Below, one piece after another: positions 32,731 through 42,376 of a stretch of DNA of 64,000 nucleotides. The stretch is from a virus. The translations under genes were made by a program, and so were the position numbers. Position 1 is the stretch's first letter. Every line of letters starts with the position of its first letter. Below the pieces are notes generated by a model. The model saw only the letters and a list, made by a program, of their open reading frames with translations. It did no database searches and was not told the DNA's origin. The stretch lies in IMG/VR virus record IMGVR_UViG_3300017917_003388, positions 1 through 64,000 of that record; one strand, given 5' to 3'.

Positions 32731-32792
32731 AACTTTTTATTTTTAATAAAGATAAAAAAAAAGTTTGGTAATCCAAACTTTTAATTAATTTT

Positions 32793-32933
32793 TTATTTAC
32801 CCTGCCCGCAATATAATTTCTTATAGTTTTTACTTGATTTTAAAACACTAACTTTTTTTTTACTATGCACACCAGGGCGTTTAACTCTTTTCTTTTTTAA
32901 AAATTTTGATGATGATTCTTTTTTCTTAGCCAT
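32793..32933 (-). CDS. small highly basic protein (46 aa)
   Basis: MAKKKESSSKFLKKKRVKRPGVHSKKK...CGQGK; ATATTTATA upstream. Confidence 0.65.
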   Translation of the reverse strand: MAKKKESSSKFLKKKRVKRPGVHSKKKVSVLKSSKNYKKLYCGQGK

Positions 32934-32974
32934 AATTATAATTATTTTTAATTATAAATATGGTATGTTGTTTA

Positions 32975-33319
32975 TTATTTATTTTTTGTTTTTTTGGAGG
33001 TTAAAGGTTGTTTAACTTCTGATAATTCAGATATTATTTTTTTTATTTCATCACATTTTTCATATAATTCTTTTTCTTCAAAAAAAGGTAAATTATGTTT
33101 AAGTGTATTTAAAAAATATGATTTATCTAAAGTAACTTCAAATATTTTATTTTCTTCAATACATACTATTGAAAATAAATGTATTTTTTTCTTTCTAGAT
33201 TTTAAATTACTTAATATAGAATTAACCACAGTATCTCTAATTTCAAAATCAGCGCGTTCTATCAATGCTTTAAATTCTTGAGTTGTTTCAACCTCAAATA
33301 TGCGTGGTTTAGTTTTCAT
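32975..33319 (-). CDS. hypothetical protein with UVR-like helix pair
   Basis: EEKELYEKCDEIK. Confidence 0.6.
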   Translation of the reverse strand: MKTKPRIFEVETTQEFKALIERADFEIRDTVVNSILSNLKSRKKKIHLFSIVCIEENKIFEVTLDKSYFLNTLKHNLPFFEEKELYEKCDEIKKIISELSEVKQPLTSKKTKNK

Positions 33320-33481
33320 TAAAAATATTTTAAGGATTTAAGTTTATTTAATTTTTTGTTTCTTAATTTTTCCATCTGTTCATGTTGTTTCAACATTTTA
33401 GATGCTAATTTTTCTAAATGTTTTGACTTTTGTGATTCATAATCATTGATTATACTATCATGAAGTTTATTTTTCATTTTA

Positions 33482-34123
33482 TTATAAATATGAAATAAAT
33501 TCAGAACCATCATCTTTTGGTGGCTCATATAGTCCCAACTTATTTAATTGTTCTATTTGATATTCATCTAATTGAAATTCTATCGCTTCACTAGTCCCAA
33601 ATGTAGGATTGTGTGTTTCTAGTTGATGTATATCCTTATTATTAAATATATCTCCCTGATATAAAAAGTAGCAATTATAGCATAAAAATCTAATATTACC
33701 TAGGTTATAATGATTTGGGTTATTATCTTTAAAATTTAATATTAATGGAATTTTATAATCGTTTACTCTTCTCTCATTAAACTTACAGATATCGCATTCT
33801 TCTTTTAAATATCCTTCTTTTACCATCCTTGCCTTTATTTCTTCAGGTTTAAAATGATTAGATGATATTCTACCTTCTATGACATCTTTAATATCCCATT
33901 GTGATGATTTGGGGGATTTAGTTAAAAATTTAGGAATACCTTTTCCACTTTGATTTTTATGTATATCAAATAAATTTCTGCCTCCTTCAAATTCCTGATA
34001 TCTTTTAGCCCATGTTTTATAATGTATGTAAGACACATTCAAATATCTTGCTGCTGCTTTATTTGACTTAGTCATACGCATAGCAAGAAGAATTTGATCT
34101 TTAGTTAGAGGTTTCGGTTTCAT
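33482..34123 (-). CDS. HTH plus degenerate HNH/Zn-binding protein
   Basis: AAARYLNVSY; CDIC...NIRFLCYNC. Confidence 0.65.
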   Translation of the reverse strand: MKPKPLTKDQILLAMRMTKSNKAAARYLNVSYIHYKTWAKRYQEFEGGRNLFDIHKNQSGKGIPKFLTKSPKSSQWDIKDVIEGRISSNHFKPEEIKARMVKEGYLKEECDICKFNERRVNDYKIPLILNFKDNNPNHYNLGNIRFLCYNCYFLYQGDIFNNKDIHQLETHNPTFGTSEAIEFQLDEYQIEQLNKLGLYEPPKDDGSEFISYL

Positions 34124-34429
34124 TTAGTCAAAATCATCTGGTAATTCTGGAATTGGAAGTTCAGGGTTTGAATCATCAGTGTCGGATATATGCTCGTCTT
34201 TTCTGTTGCCTTTAATTTTGAATTCCATTTCTTGAAGACGAATAAATTCGTCTCTTTCCATTATTATGGTTTCATTATATGTGTGATCTCCTTCTCCTTT
34301 TGTAACAGTAATTGCTGCTTTTTTACCAGTTGTTGAACATTTAACACATCTTTTTACATTAGGAAATATTTCTAAACGTTTAGGGTGAATAACCTCTCCA
34401 CATCCTAAACATAATACGTCTTTATTCAT
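34124..34429 (-). CDS. DksA/TraR-type C4 zinc-finger protein
   Basis: CLGCGEVIHPKRLEIFPNVKRCVKC. Confidence 0.8.
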   Translation of the reverse strand: MNKDVLCLGCGEVIHPKRLEIFPNVKRCVKCSTTGKKAAITVTKGEGDHTYNETIIMERDEFIRLQEMEFKIKGNRKDEHISDTDDSNPELPIPELPDDFD

Positions 34430-35046
34430 TTTTATTTTCTTCCTGTTCGTCTATTTCTTTGAAAAAATCCCATAATTCCTTAGCATTTTGTAAATAAATC
34501 TCTCTTTCAGTATCTACATATTGTACTAATAATGGGTATATTTCGTTATTTTCATTTACTCTACCAAAAATATACCAAAATATTATTTCTGTTTTCCATG
34601 TTCCATATTTGATTAAAAATGTATTTTCTATTATTCTATGATATGTAGATTCATATTCCAATAGATTAATTCCACATAATTCATATGTTTTTATAGAATT
34701 AGCCCATATTTCTTCAAATAATGAAATTGCTTCTATAAACAATTCTTCTTCAGATAATATTTTAGGTTGAGGAGTTTTTTCTTTTATTTGTAAATATTCT
34801 CCAAATTTACTCAGATCCAATTGCATATATTTTTAAAAAATTAATTGTTGACATGTTTTTTCTTTCACTGAAGTAATCTAAGGCATCTTCTTCAGATTGG
34901 GAATATATTCTATCTATTGCTTCTTTGTTTGGATCATTTTTAATATAGGAAAAATATTTTTTATAATTTTTAGATTCAAATGTATTCATAATTTTATTAT
35001 TTTTTAGTTTATTTAAAATAAAAAAAATTTTTTAAATTCCAAATTT

Positions 35047-36051
35047 TTATTTCCAAAAACTATAAATTCCTTTATCTAATTCATATTCAGACCATATATA
35101 TCTATCACGCATTGGTTGCTGTCGAGCCCAATCCCACATTTGTGTTAATCCATCTTTTAAAGATGTTTTATATTGATAACCTAATATATCAACTGATTTT
35201 TTCCAAGTAGGAATTGAATGTTTAACTTCATGTCTAGCTTCTTTAAAAACAATGTTCCCACCACCTATTACTTCTCTTAATGTATCACATGCTTCTAATA
35301 TTGATATTTCTTCAATTCCTCCAACATTTATGATTTCTTTAGAAGCTTGGGGCAACATTGCAGCATTCCAGAATGGTTCTAAATTATCATCTATGTAACT
35401 AAATGCTCTAGTCTGAGAACCATCTCCAAATATAGTCATAGGTTGATCATTCATATATTGATACATCCATATACCTAATACATTTCTATATTTATCCCAA
35501 ATGTTTTGTTTAATCCCATAAACATTGTGAGGACGAATAATACACCAATCTAAACCATGTTGTTCTCCTGCAATTTGAATATCCATTTCACATGCATATT
35601 TAGCTACTCCATATGGGTCAATAGGTTTAGGAATTTGATCTTCATCAAAAATTCCACCATATCCATGACCATATACTGCTAATGTAGAAGTAAAAATTAA
35701 ACGTTTAACATCATGTTTTATACATTCATTAACAATATTAGCTGTGGCAACTAAATTATTTTGATAATTGTAATTACGGATAAAAGGAGATAATCCTTCA
35801 GCAGCATATGCTGCAAAATGGAATACATAATCTGGATTATATTTATCAAATATCTGATTTAAAGTAATTTTATTAATTAAATTTGCTTCAACAAAATTAA
35901 CACTAGGATTAATGTTTTCAATATATCCCCCACTTAAATCATCAATACCTATAACTTTATATTCTGGTTTATTTTCGATAATCCAATCTGCTAATCTACT
36001 CCCTAATAATCCAGCTACCCCTGTTATTAAAATGGTTTTTTCTTTTTTCAT
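35047..36051 (-). CDS. NAD-dependent nucleotide-sugar epimerase/dehydratase
   Basis: ITGVAGLLG, YGVAK, RPHNVYG. Confidence 0.95.
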   Translation of the reverse strand: MKKEKTILITGVAGLLGSRLADWIIENKPEYKVIGIDDLSGGYIENINPSVNFVEANLINKITLNQIFDKYNPDYVFHFAAYAAEGLSPFIRNYNYQNNLVATANIVNECIKHDVKRLIFTSTLAVYGHGYGGIFDEDQIPKPIDPYGVAKYACEMDIQIAGEQHGLDWCIIRPHNVYGIKQNIWDKYRNVLGIWMYQYMNDQPMTIFGDGSQTRAFSYIDDNLEPFWNAAMLPQASKEIINVGGIEEISILEACDTLREVIGGGNIVFKEARHEVKHSIPTWKKSVDILGYQYKTSLKDGLTQMWDWARQQPMRDRYIWSEYELDKGIYSFWK

Positions 36052-36054
36052 AAA

Positions 36055-36852
36055 TTAATATTCTATTCCTTTAATAAAACTTCCTTTTGGTCTATGACTA
36101 TTATTTTTAAATAATTGTGGAGGTATCCCCCATTTATAATAAAATGTTTCAGCTGCTGGATGTTCGGTTGCTTTAAACATTTCACCTTCTTTACCATTCT
36201 TAGTTGCAGCACTTCCAAAATGATAAAAATGTAAATTATTCATTCTATAAAATTGTTTTCCATTTAAATCTAATTTAAGAAAAAAATCCCAATCACATAT
36301 AAATGGTGAATTATATAGTGTATCAAACCCACCTACAATCATGTAATCTTTTTTAGATATAACAAAAGGGAATATACCCCCATCACAAGTTAGTTGGTTA
36401 TTTCGTATAGTTTGTTCATATTCAATAAATTCATCATATCTAAATTCACTAGGTTGTTTACCTAAATTATTTACTGGAAAGTTGAATATACCAGGACCTG
36501 TGGGTTCAATTTGGTTGATTGTAAATATAAAATCTGGTTGATATTGTTCTAGAATTATTCTATCCCAATCTTTACATAGTACATTATCATCATTAATAAT
36601 AACAATACATTCATTATTTGCATTCATTACAGCAAGGTTTAATGCTGTTTGCATGCCTTTATTATTTACTAAATCCAATACAACAATATCATGAGCATAT
36701 TTCTTCAATATTTCAGCACTTTCCTCAAAAAAACCATCTACAGCTACAATAATTTCATTTTTATTTATTTGATTTTCTATAGCTGATTTAAGACATAAAT
36801 CTAAATATTCGGGATTGCGATAAGTGGGTATTATTAAACTTAATTTTTTCAT
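36055..36852 (-). CDS. glycosyltransferase family 2
   Basis: SLIIPTY, VAVDG, INDDN, GGFD, DWDF. Confidence 0.9.
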   Translation of the reverse strand: MKKLSLIIPTYRNPEYLDLCLKSAIENQINKNEIIVAVDGFFEESAEILKKYAHDIVVLDLVNNKGMQTALNLAVMNANNECIVIINDDNVLCKDWDRIILEQYQPDFIFTINQIEPTGPGIFNFPVNNLGKQPSEFRYDEFIEYEQTIRNNQLTCDGGIFPFVISKKDYMIVGGFDTLYNSPFICDWDFFLKLDLNGKQFYRMNNLHFYHFGSAATKNGKEGEMFKATEHPAAETFYYKWGIPPQLFKNNSHRPKGSFIKGIEY

Positions 36853-37544
36853 ATTTTAGACCAATCAGTTAAAGGTGATAACCAAGCTGTTTCTCCATGA
36901 GTTGAATATCCAGGTATTGGTGTTACTAGTCCACGTTGTTTTTCATTTCTTAAAGTTAAAAACATGTGGAAATCATTTGGATGTGTTCCTGATGTAAACT
37001 CTCTTAGAATTGCTTCGTCTTGTTTTAAAGTACTTACTTTGGCGGCAAATGTCATGGTTGTAGAGTTTGTTAGTTTCCAATGGCAAGAATCTGTTAACAT
37101 TAATCTTGTTACTTCTCCACCATCTTCTACAAATGGATTTGCTCCATTAATATATTTATCTGGATGATCATATAAAGATACATAATGGAATCCTAAACTA
37201 AAACCTTCTTCTAGTATTTTATCTGAGTTTGGTTTATGAAGATAATCATTTTCTAAAAAATAAACTATTTCATCATCTGGAAAAGTTAGAGCCATATCTA
37301 AGGCTAAATTAAATGTTCCTGCTCCATGACCTATAGAAACTTTTTGTATAGCATTTTTAGTAATATATTTGTTAATCATATCTAATGTAGGTTCACTACA
37401 ATTATCGGCTATAACATACCATATTGCTTTATCTAATTTCTCTACAGCATTTTTTAAACAATTTTCATTATTAATGTAATCTGGTTTTACTTTAGAATAT
37501 CCAGTGTCACTTATTCTATATATTATTCTTAATTTATTTTCCAT
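36849..37544 (-). CDS. putative GT-A fold glycosyltransferase
   Basis: YFLENDYLH motif and cluster context. Confidence 0.65.
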   Translation of the reverse strand: MENKLRIIYRISDTGYSKVKPDYINNENCLKNAVEKLDKAIWYVIADNCSEPTLDMINKYITKNAIQKVSIGHGAGTFNLALDMALTFPDDEIVYFLENDYLHKPNSDKILEEGFSLGFHYVSLYDHPDKYINGANPFVEDGGEVTRLMLTDSCHWKLTNSTTMTFAAKVSTLKQDEAILREFTSGTHPNDFHMFLTLRNEKQRGLVTPIPGYSTHGETAWLSPLTDWSKI

Positions 37545-38296
37545 ATATATCCATATGCTGTTTTTCTTTTTCCATGGCAACATTCATTTATTGCTGCTGA
37601 GCCTTTAGGTTTATTTATTGTTATTGCGGCTTCTGTTTGTGATTTATATTTTTTTATGAAATTACCTTCTAAATCAAATTGTAAGACTGGTTTAGATTTA
37701 TTTATACTATTTTCCAATTTAAATTTTTCTGATCTGTTTTTCCCTAAATGTCCTTTGTTTGGGCTTGTTCTACCTTTATGAGCTTTTGATACTCCAGGTT
37801 TGGGAATACCCAAATGTTTTATTCTTCGTTTATAATTAGATTCTGGTGATTGTTTTTGATTTTTCTTTTTATTACTAATTTTAAGTCCAAATCCTTCTGG
37901 TTTAGGTTTTCCTTTGTTAGCCTTACTTATTTTTTGTTTAGTTTCTTTATTAATTGGTTTTCCTTTTAATTTTTCACTAGTTGAGGGTCGTTTTTGTCCT
38001 TTTCTTTTTTCTCTACTTTTTTCAATGGATTCTTTATTATGTTTAGTTAATCCACCTCCCCCATTATTCTTATTCTTTAAATCGAATCCCCAACTTCGGA
38101 ATAAACTTATATAATGTTTTTCCCAAAATTTCCATTCACCTATATTTACATAGTCAATTTCTTCAATTTTTAATTGTATTTTATTTGATTTCCATTTATG
38201 ATGACTTAATCTACGAGATATATTATTTGTTTTTCCTATATATATTGGTTTTTCTTTTTCTATTAAAACATATATATAACATTTTTCTTCTTTCAT
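37529..38296 (-). CDS. GIY-YIG homing endonuclease with NUMOD3/NUMOD1 repeats
   Basis: YIYVL...YIGKT, ETKQKISKA, VLQFDLEG. Confidence 0.9.
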   Translation of the reverse strand: MKEEKCYIYVLIEKEKPIYIGKTNNISRRLSHHKWKSNKIQLKIEEIDYVNIGEWKFWEKHYISLFRSWGFDLKNKNNGGGGLTKHNKESIEKSREKRKGQKRPSTSEKLKGKPINKETKQKISKANKGKPKPEGFGLKISNKKKNQKQSPESNYKRRIKHLGIPKPGVSKAHKGRTSPNKGHLGKNRSEKFKLENSINKSKPVLQFDLEGNFIKKYKSQTEAAITINKPKGSAAINECCHGKRKTAYGYIWKIN

Positions 38297-38359
38297 TTTA
38301 TAATAAATATTATAAAAACTATAGAGAGACCACCATATCACTTATTCTATATATTATTC

Positions 38360-39034
38360 TCATTTTTTAACTAATGCTGAAGTTATACTTCTGAATTTAT
38401 ATTGGGGTTCTTGATTAGGATTAAATTTATTATGGATTTCAATAATATCTATATTTTCATTTAAATATCTATTTTGTTCTGGGTTCAAGTATATACTATT
38501 AAATGATTCCATTAAATAATATAAAGTTGTATTTTTTCTATTTTCATGAATATCTATATATTTCCCATATAGTGGATATCCATTATCAGCTAAAGATGTA
38601 TGTAAATCTTCTATAAAATATATCCCTTTAGATTTCAACAATGGAAATAAATAACCTAAAGTAATTTGTTGATCAAACATATGATGACTTCCATCATCTA
38701 ATATAACATCAAATTCATATCCTTTAGATATACATTCATTATAAAAATTAACAAGTTGGGAAGGTTGAGATTGATCTAATTGAAAAGTATATATTCTATC
38801 ATTATTATATTTACTTTTATCTTCAATATCTAATCCTATTATTATACTATTAGGTAAATATTCATACCACGTGTTAAGTGATTTACCATGACATACTCCT
38901 ATTTCTAATATTAGAAGGGAATTATTTTTTATAGGTTCTAAATATTTTTCATAAAACGAAGCATATGAATGTTTAGGACCTATTTCTGTACCTTTATCAG
39001 ATTGGTATTTATTAAATAAACTATTTAAATCCAT
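38360..39034 (-). CDS. class I SAM-dependent (sugar O-)methyltransferase
   Basis: ILEIGV, GLDI, DVILDDGSH, IEDL. Confidence 0.85.
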   Translation of the reverse strand: MDLNSLFNKYQSDKGTEIGPKHSYASFYEKYLEPIKNNSLLILEIGVCHGKSLNTWYEYLPNSIIIGLDIEDKSKYNNDRIYTFQLDQSQPSQLVNFYNECISKGYEFDVILDDGSHHMFDQQITLGYLFPLLKSKGIYFIEDLHTSLADNGYPLYGKYIDIHENRKNTTLYYLMESFNSIYLNPEQNRYLNENIDIIEIHNKFNPNQEPQYKFRSITSALVKK

Positions 39035-39035
39035 T

Positions 39036-39617
39036 TTATTTACTAGCTTTTATACAAAGTGAATCAAATGTACTCAGATTATATCCAAGTTCTACAAGAT
39101 ATTCAGTTATTTTTCTTAAATTTTCACCCCCATAGAATGGTCCATCAGAATGAGCTGCTTCAAATATTATATTTCTAAAATCATATTTTGAAAAATCAAT
39201 ACTAGCTATTATATGAACATCTAATCCTTCAGCATCTATGAATAAATAATCAACATATGTTAGATTATATTTATCCATTAATTGATTAATACTTAAACAC
39301 TGAACATCCATTGATAATACAGGATATTGTTCTAAAGAAGGACTATGGTATTTAGTATGATAATAATCAAATGAACTTACTTCATAATTACTATCTTTAA
39401 GATAATACAATTTAGTATTTTTAATAGTTTCATCATTAGATATAGCTATATTTTCTATAATTGTTTTACCAATGTTTTTATATTGGGATTTCAGATCATC
39501 AATAATAAAAGGAATTGGTTCTACTAATATTAATAATTCTAAATCATCTATATTTTCATTAACAAAATCATATACATGATCCTTACCATTATTAGCACCT
39601 ATTTGTATTATTTTCAT
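39036..39617 (-). CDS. FkbM-family methyltransferase
   Basis: IQIGANNG, VEP, IDAEGLD. Confidence 0.9.
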   Translation of the reverse strand: MKIIQIGANNGKDHVYDFVNENIDDLELLILVEPIPFIIDDLKSQYKNIGKTIIENIAISNDETIKNTKLYYLKDSNYEVSSFDYYHTKYHSPSLEQYPVLSMDVQCLSINQLMDKYNLTYVDYLFIDAEGLDVHIIASIDFSKYDFRNIIFEAAHSDGPFYGGENLRKITEYLVELGYNLSTFDSLCIKASK

Positions 39618-39841
39618 ATTAGTTTACTATAGTAATTATTTTGTTTTTCTTGTTTTTCTATGGTTTTCGGATGATATAATGCATATTCTTCTAATTCTGG
39701 TAAATTAGCATATGTTTTATACCCATCTAATACTTCATGTATTTTATTTTTCCATTTAATTTCAGAAGTATTTTTATAAATACGCCATTGCATATCACTC
39801 CATTGAATAATTGGTTTGTAGTATTTTACTTTAATTTTCAT
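39614..39841 (-). CDS. C-terminal half of a split GT2 glycosyltransferase
   Basis: DMQWRIYKN...W.NKIHE...LYHPKTIEKQEKQN. Confidence 0.7.
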   Translation of the reverse strand: MKIKVKYYKPIIQWSDMQWRIYKNTSEIKWKNKIHEVLDGYKTYANLPELEEYALYHPKTIEKQEKQNNYYSKLI

Positions 39842-39857
39842 AATTGAATATAATAAA

Positions 39858-40511
39858 TTAATTTTTGTATCTCCAAATATAGCCCCCAGCTGATTTATTT
39901 ACTCCGTTATTTCTGGCGTTCCCAGCGATTACGGATGGGTTAATTTTTAATTCAAAACTAGCATTTTTAACACTTTCCCATTCTTTAATAAGGTTTCCTT
40001 GTTTATCATACTGTAAAACAGGTTTAGAGTTCCTTTTAATTAATTCTTTCACAAAGGTTTCATTTCTTTTTTTTCCTTTATTGATTTTACTAATTTTTTC
40101 TCCAAATCCTTTAGGCTTAGGTTTAGAATTAGCTTTACCTATTTTTTTATTTCGTTCTTCACTTTTAATTTTATCTCCAAATCCTTTAGGTTTAGGTTTA
40201 TTTTTAGTAAAATTGTTCCATTTCTTTTTTATATATTCATATTCTCTAGAAGAAACAATGTATTTCGTTTTTTTATTTTTATTTATAGACATTAAAAATA
40301 AAGCATACCATAACTTTTGATTGTTTGGATAAATTTCACAAAGTAATTTATGACATAAAAAGTGTTCTCGTGCTGTTAGTTCTACTAAATTTTCTTCTTC
40401 ATCCAAACCACCCATACATCTTGGTATGATATGGTGGTTTTCTTTATAGTCTTCTAATTTACGAGTTTTAGCACGTTCTATAATTTGGTTGTAAATTTTT
40501 ATATATTCCAT
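39858..40511 (-). CDS. HNH homing endonuclease with NUMOD motifs
   Basis: ENHHIIPRCMGG...NLVELTAREHFLCHKLL. Confidence 0.92.
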   Translation of the reverse strand: MEYIKIYNQIIERAKTRKLEDYKENHHIIPRCMGGLDEEENLVELTAREHFLCHKLLCEIYPNNQKLWYALFLMSINKNKKTKYIVSSREYEYIKKKWNNFTKNKPKPKGFGDKIKSEERNKKIGKANSKPKPKGFGEKISKINKGKKRNETFVKELIKRNSKPVLQYDKQGNLIKEWESVKNASFELKINPSVIAGNARNNGVNKSAGGYIWRYKN

Positions 40512-40540
40512 ATAGATAATATTTATTATAAATATAACAT

Positions 40541-41080
40541 CTATTCGGAAGATATAACCCTTTCCTCAATAATTAAGTTATTTTGTTTTAGTAAATTATA
40601 CTCATCTAAATCTTTTGGATTAGATAAATCAAATACTTTTTCTTCTTTTATATTTTCTAATTTGCTTATTTTCCAGTTCCATTTTTGAACATGGGATAAC
40701 CCTATTCTTTCAACAGTATTTACTCTTGGTACTAAAATTACATCAGTTGTATTATTTTCCAGAATATATGGGATATTTTTTATCAAATATGGATTAGGAA
40801 TCTCATCTGCATCTAAATTTATTATTACGTCGCCTGAGCATAATGAATTTAATGTATTTTTCCAATTTGCGAAATGTCCTTCAAATTTTCCTTCATACCA
40901 ATTGAATTCTCCATTTACTGAGTGAGATCTTAGGTAATCTTCTACAGCATTACAATTTTTGGATTTATCAAATAATATTACAATTTCATCTTCTAAACGT
41001 TTATGTTCAAGTAAAAAATTAACTAAACGTTGAATTTCCATTATTTCATCACATACTGTGATCCCATATGAAATTTTCAT
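40541..41080 (-). CDS. N-terminal half of a split GT2 glycosyltransferase
   Basis: ISYGITVCDE, NLDADE, VPRVN. Confidence 0.8.
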   Translation of the reverse strand: MKISYGITVCDEIMEIQRLVNFLLEHKRLEDEIVILFDKSKNCNAVEDYLRSHSVNGEFNWYEGKFEGHFANWKNTLNSLCSGDVIINLDADEIPNPYLIKNIPYILENNTTDVILVPRVNTVERIGLSHVQKWNWKISKLENIKEEKVFDLSNPKDLDEYNLLKQNNLIIEERVISSE

Positions 41081-41149
41081 ATAACTTAATTATTAATTTT
41101 ATATTAATTGAATATATATAAATTTTTTATAAACCCCAATTTAAAAAAA

Positions 41150-41605
41150 TTATTCAAATATCCCTATATATTCTAAAGCATCTATGAAATTATAAGTATC
41201 GAATGTTTCCATAGTAGTCATATCCATACGATATTCATAAAATTCTCCAGATTTTCCTTTGATTGGATATTTCTCTTTTTCTTCTTCGGTAATACGCACC
41301 GCTTTAACTGCTGCCCATTTTGCATTGTCTTTAGATGTACCATTGTAAAATATCATACCTTGATTTGGAATATTAATTGTTGTCGGCATCCATTCCAGAC
41401 CATTTTCATCTTTAAATATTACATCTTTGTAAAGTTCAGGAAGAATTTCTAATTGTTGTTTATAAAATTCTTCTCCTTCTTTCATTAAACTATTGGTTGT
41501 AAAACCACATCCAAAACAATTATATGTTTTAATTTCTGGGGTATTTTCTATTACATAACATGCATCTGATTTTCCACAGGGGCACATATTTAAATTATCT
41601 ATCAT
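41150..41605 (-). CDS. Zn-ribbon hypothetical protein
   Basis: CPCG...C, CFGCG. Confidence 0.7.
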   Translation of the reverse strand: MIDNLNMCPCGKSDACYVIENTPEIKTYNCFGCGFTTNSLMKEGEEFYKQQLEILPELYKDVIFKDENGLEWMPTTINIPNQGMIFYNGTSKDNAKWAAVKAVRITEEEKEKYPIKGKSGEFYEYRMDMTTMETFDTYNFIDALEYIGIFE

Positions 41606-41809
41606 TTTTATTTAATATTTTAAAGATTTTTTTCAATTATATTTTTGTATTCTTCTAATAATTTAGGATTTGGTTTTGAATTAAGTATGTTAGTTTTTAC
41701 AACGAATTCATTTAATTTTTTACCCAAAAGTCTTTCAGATGTTTTTTTATTTATTTCATCTAAAAGATATTTTTTGAAATATTTAAAATCTGAAAGAAAT
41801 GTTATCAGT

Positions 41810-42373
41810 TTATTCATTTTGGTTTTTTTTAATTTTGATTGAGATTTTATCTTTATTTCCATCAGCATGAGAAAAAACAACATGTGTTGGATGAAGATCA
41901 AATTCTAATCCATCCATTAAATTAGCATATTTATCTCCTTCTCCTGATTTAATATACCCTATGGTTAAATGTGGTTTATAATCTTTAAAGGTAGAAGTAT
42001 AAGGATATTTTTTTAAACTATTATTAATATTTATTAAATCACTAGTATCTTTTGATTCAAATTTTAACACATCATATTTATCATTTTTGAATAACGATGC
42101 ATTATTTATAGTATATTTTTCTTTAAATTCAAAACCATCTATTACTTTTTTAATATCATCTAAAGTAACTTCAGAATGTAACCCATATAGTAAAGTTATA
42201 TGAGGTTCATCTTCTAAACCATATGTTTTATCTCCATCTTCTATATATATATCCCATTCATTTATAATTTTATGGATAGTTTTAATTAAAGGAAAATCAA
42301 AATATAACATTACACATCCAAATTCATATGTACTTGATGAATTTTCTTTAAGTAAATTTGTTAATTTGATCAT
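41810..42373 (-). CDS. 2H phosphodiesterase, Acb1/T4 57B-like
   Basis: Two HxT motifs: PHITLLY and FKDYKPHLTIGY. Confidence 0.8.
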   Translation of the reverse strand: MIKLTNLLKENSSSTYEFGCVMLYFDFPLIKTIHKIINEWDIYIEDGDKTYGLEDEPHITLLYGLHSEVTLDDIKKVIDGFEFKEKYTINNASLFKNDKYDVLKFESKDTSDLININNSLKKYPYTSTFKDYKPHLTIGYIKSGEGDKYANLMDGLEFDLHPTHVVFSHADGNKDKISIKIKKNQNE

Positions 42374-42376
42374 ATA

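Noticed and set aside
39841-40541. Group I intron around the HNH gene
   Set aside because: Flanking non-coding DNA is under 30 nt, leaving no room for a ribozyme core.
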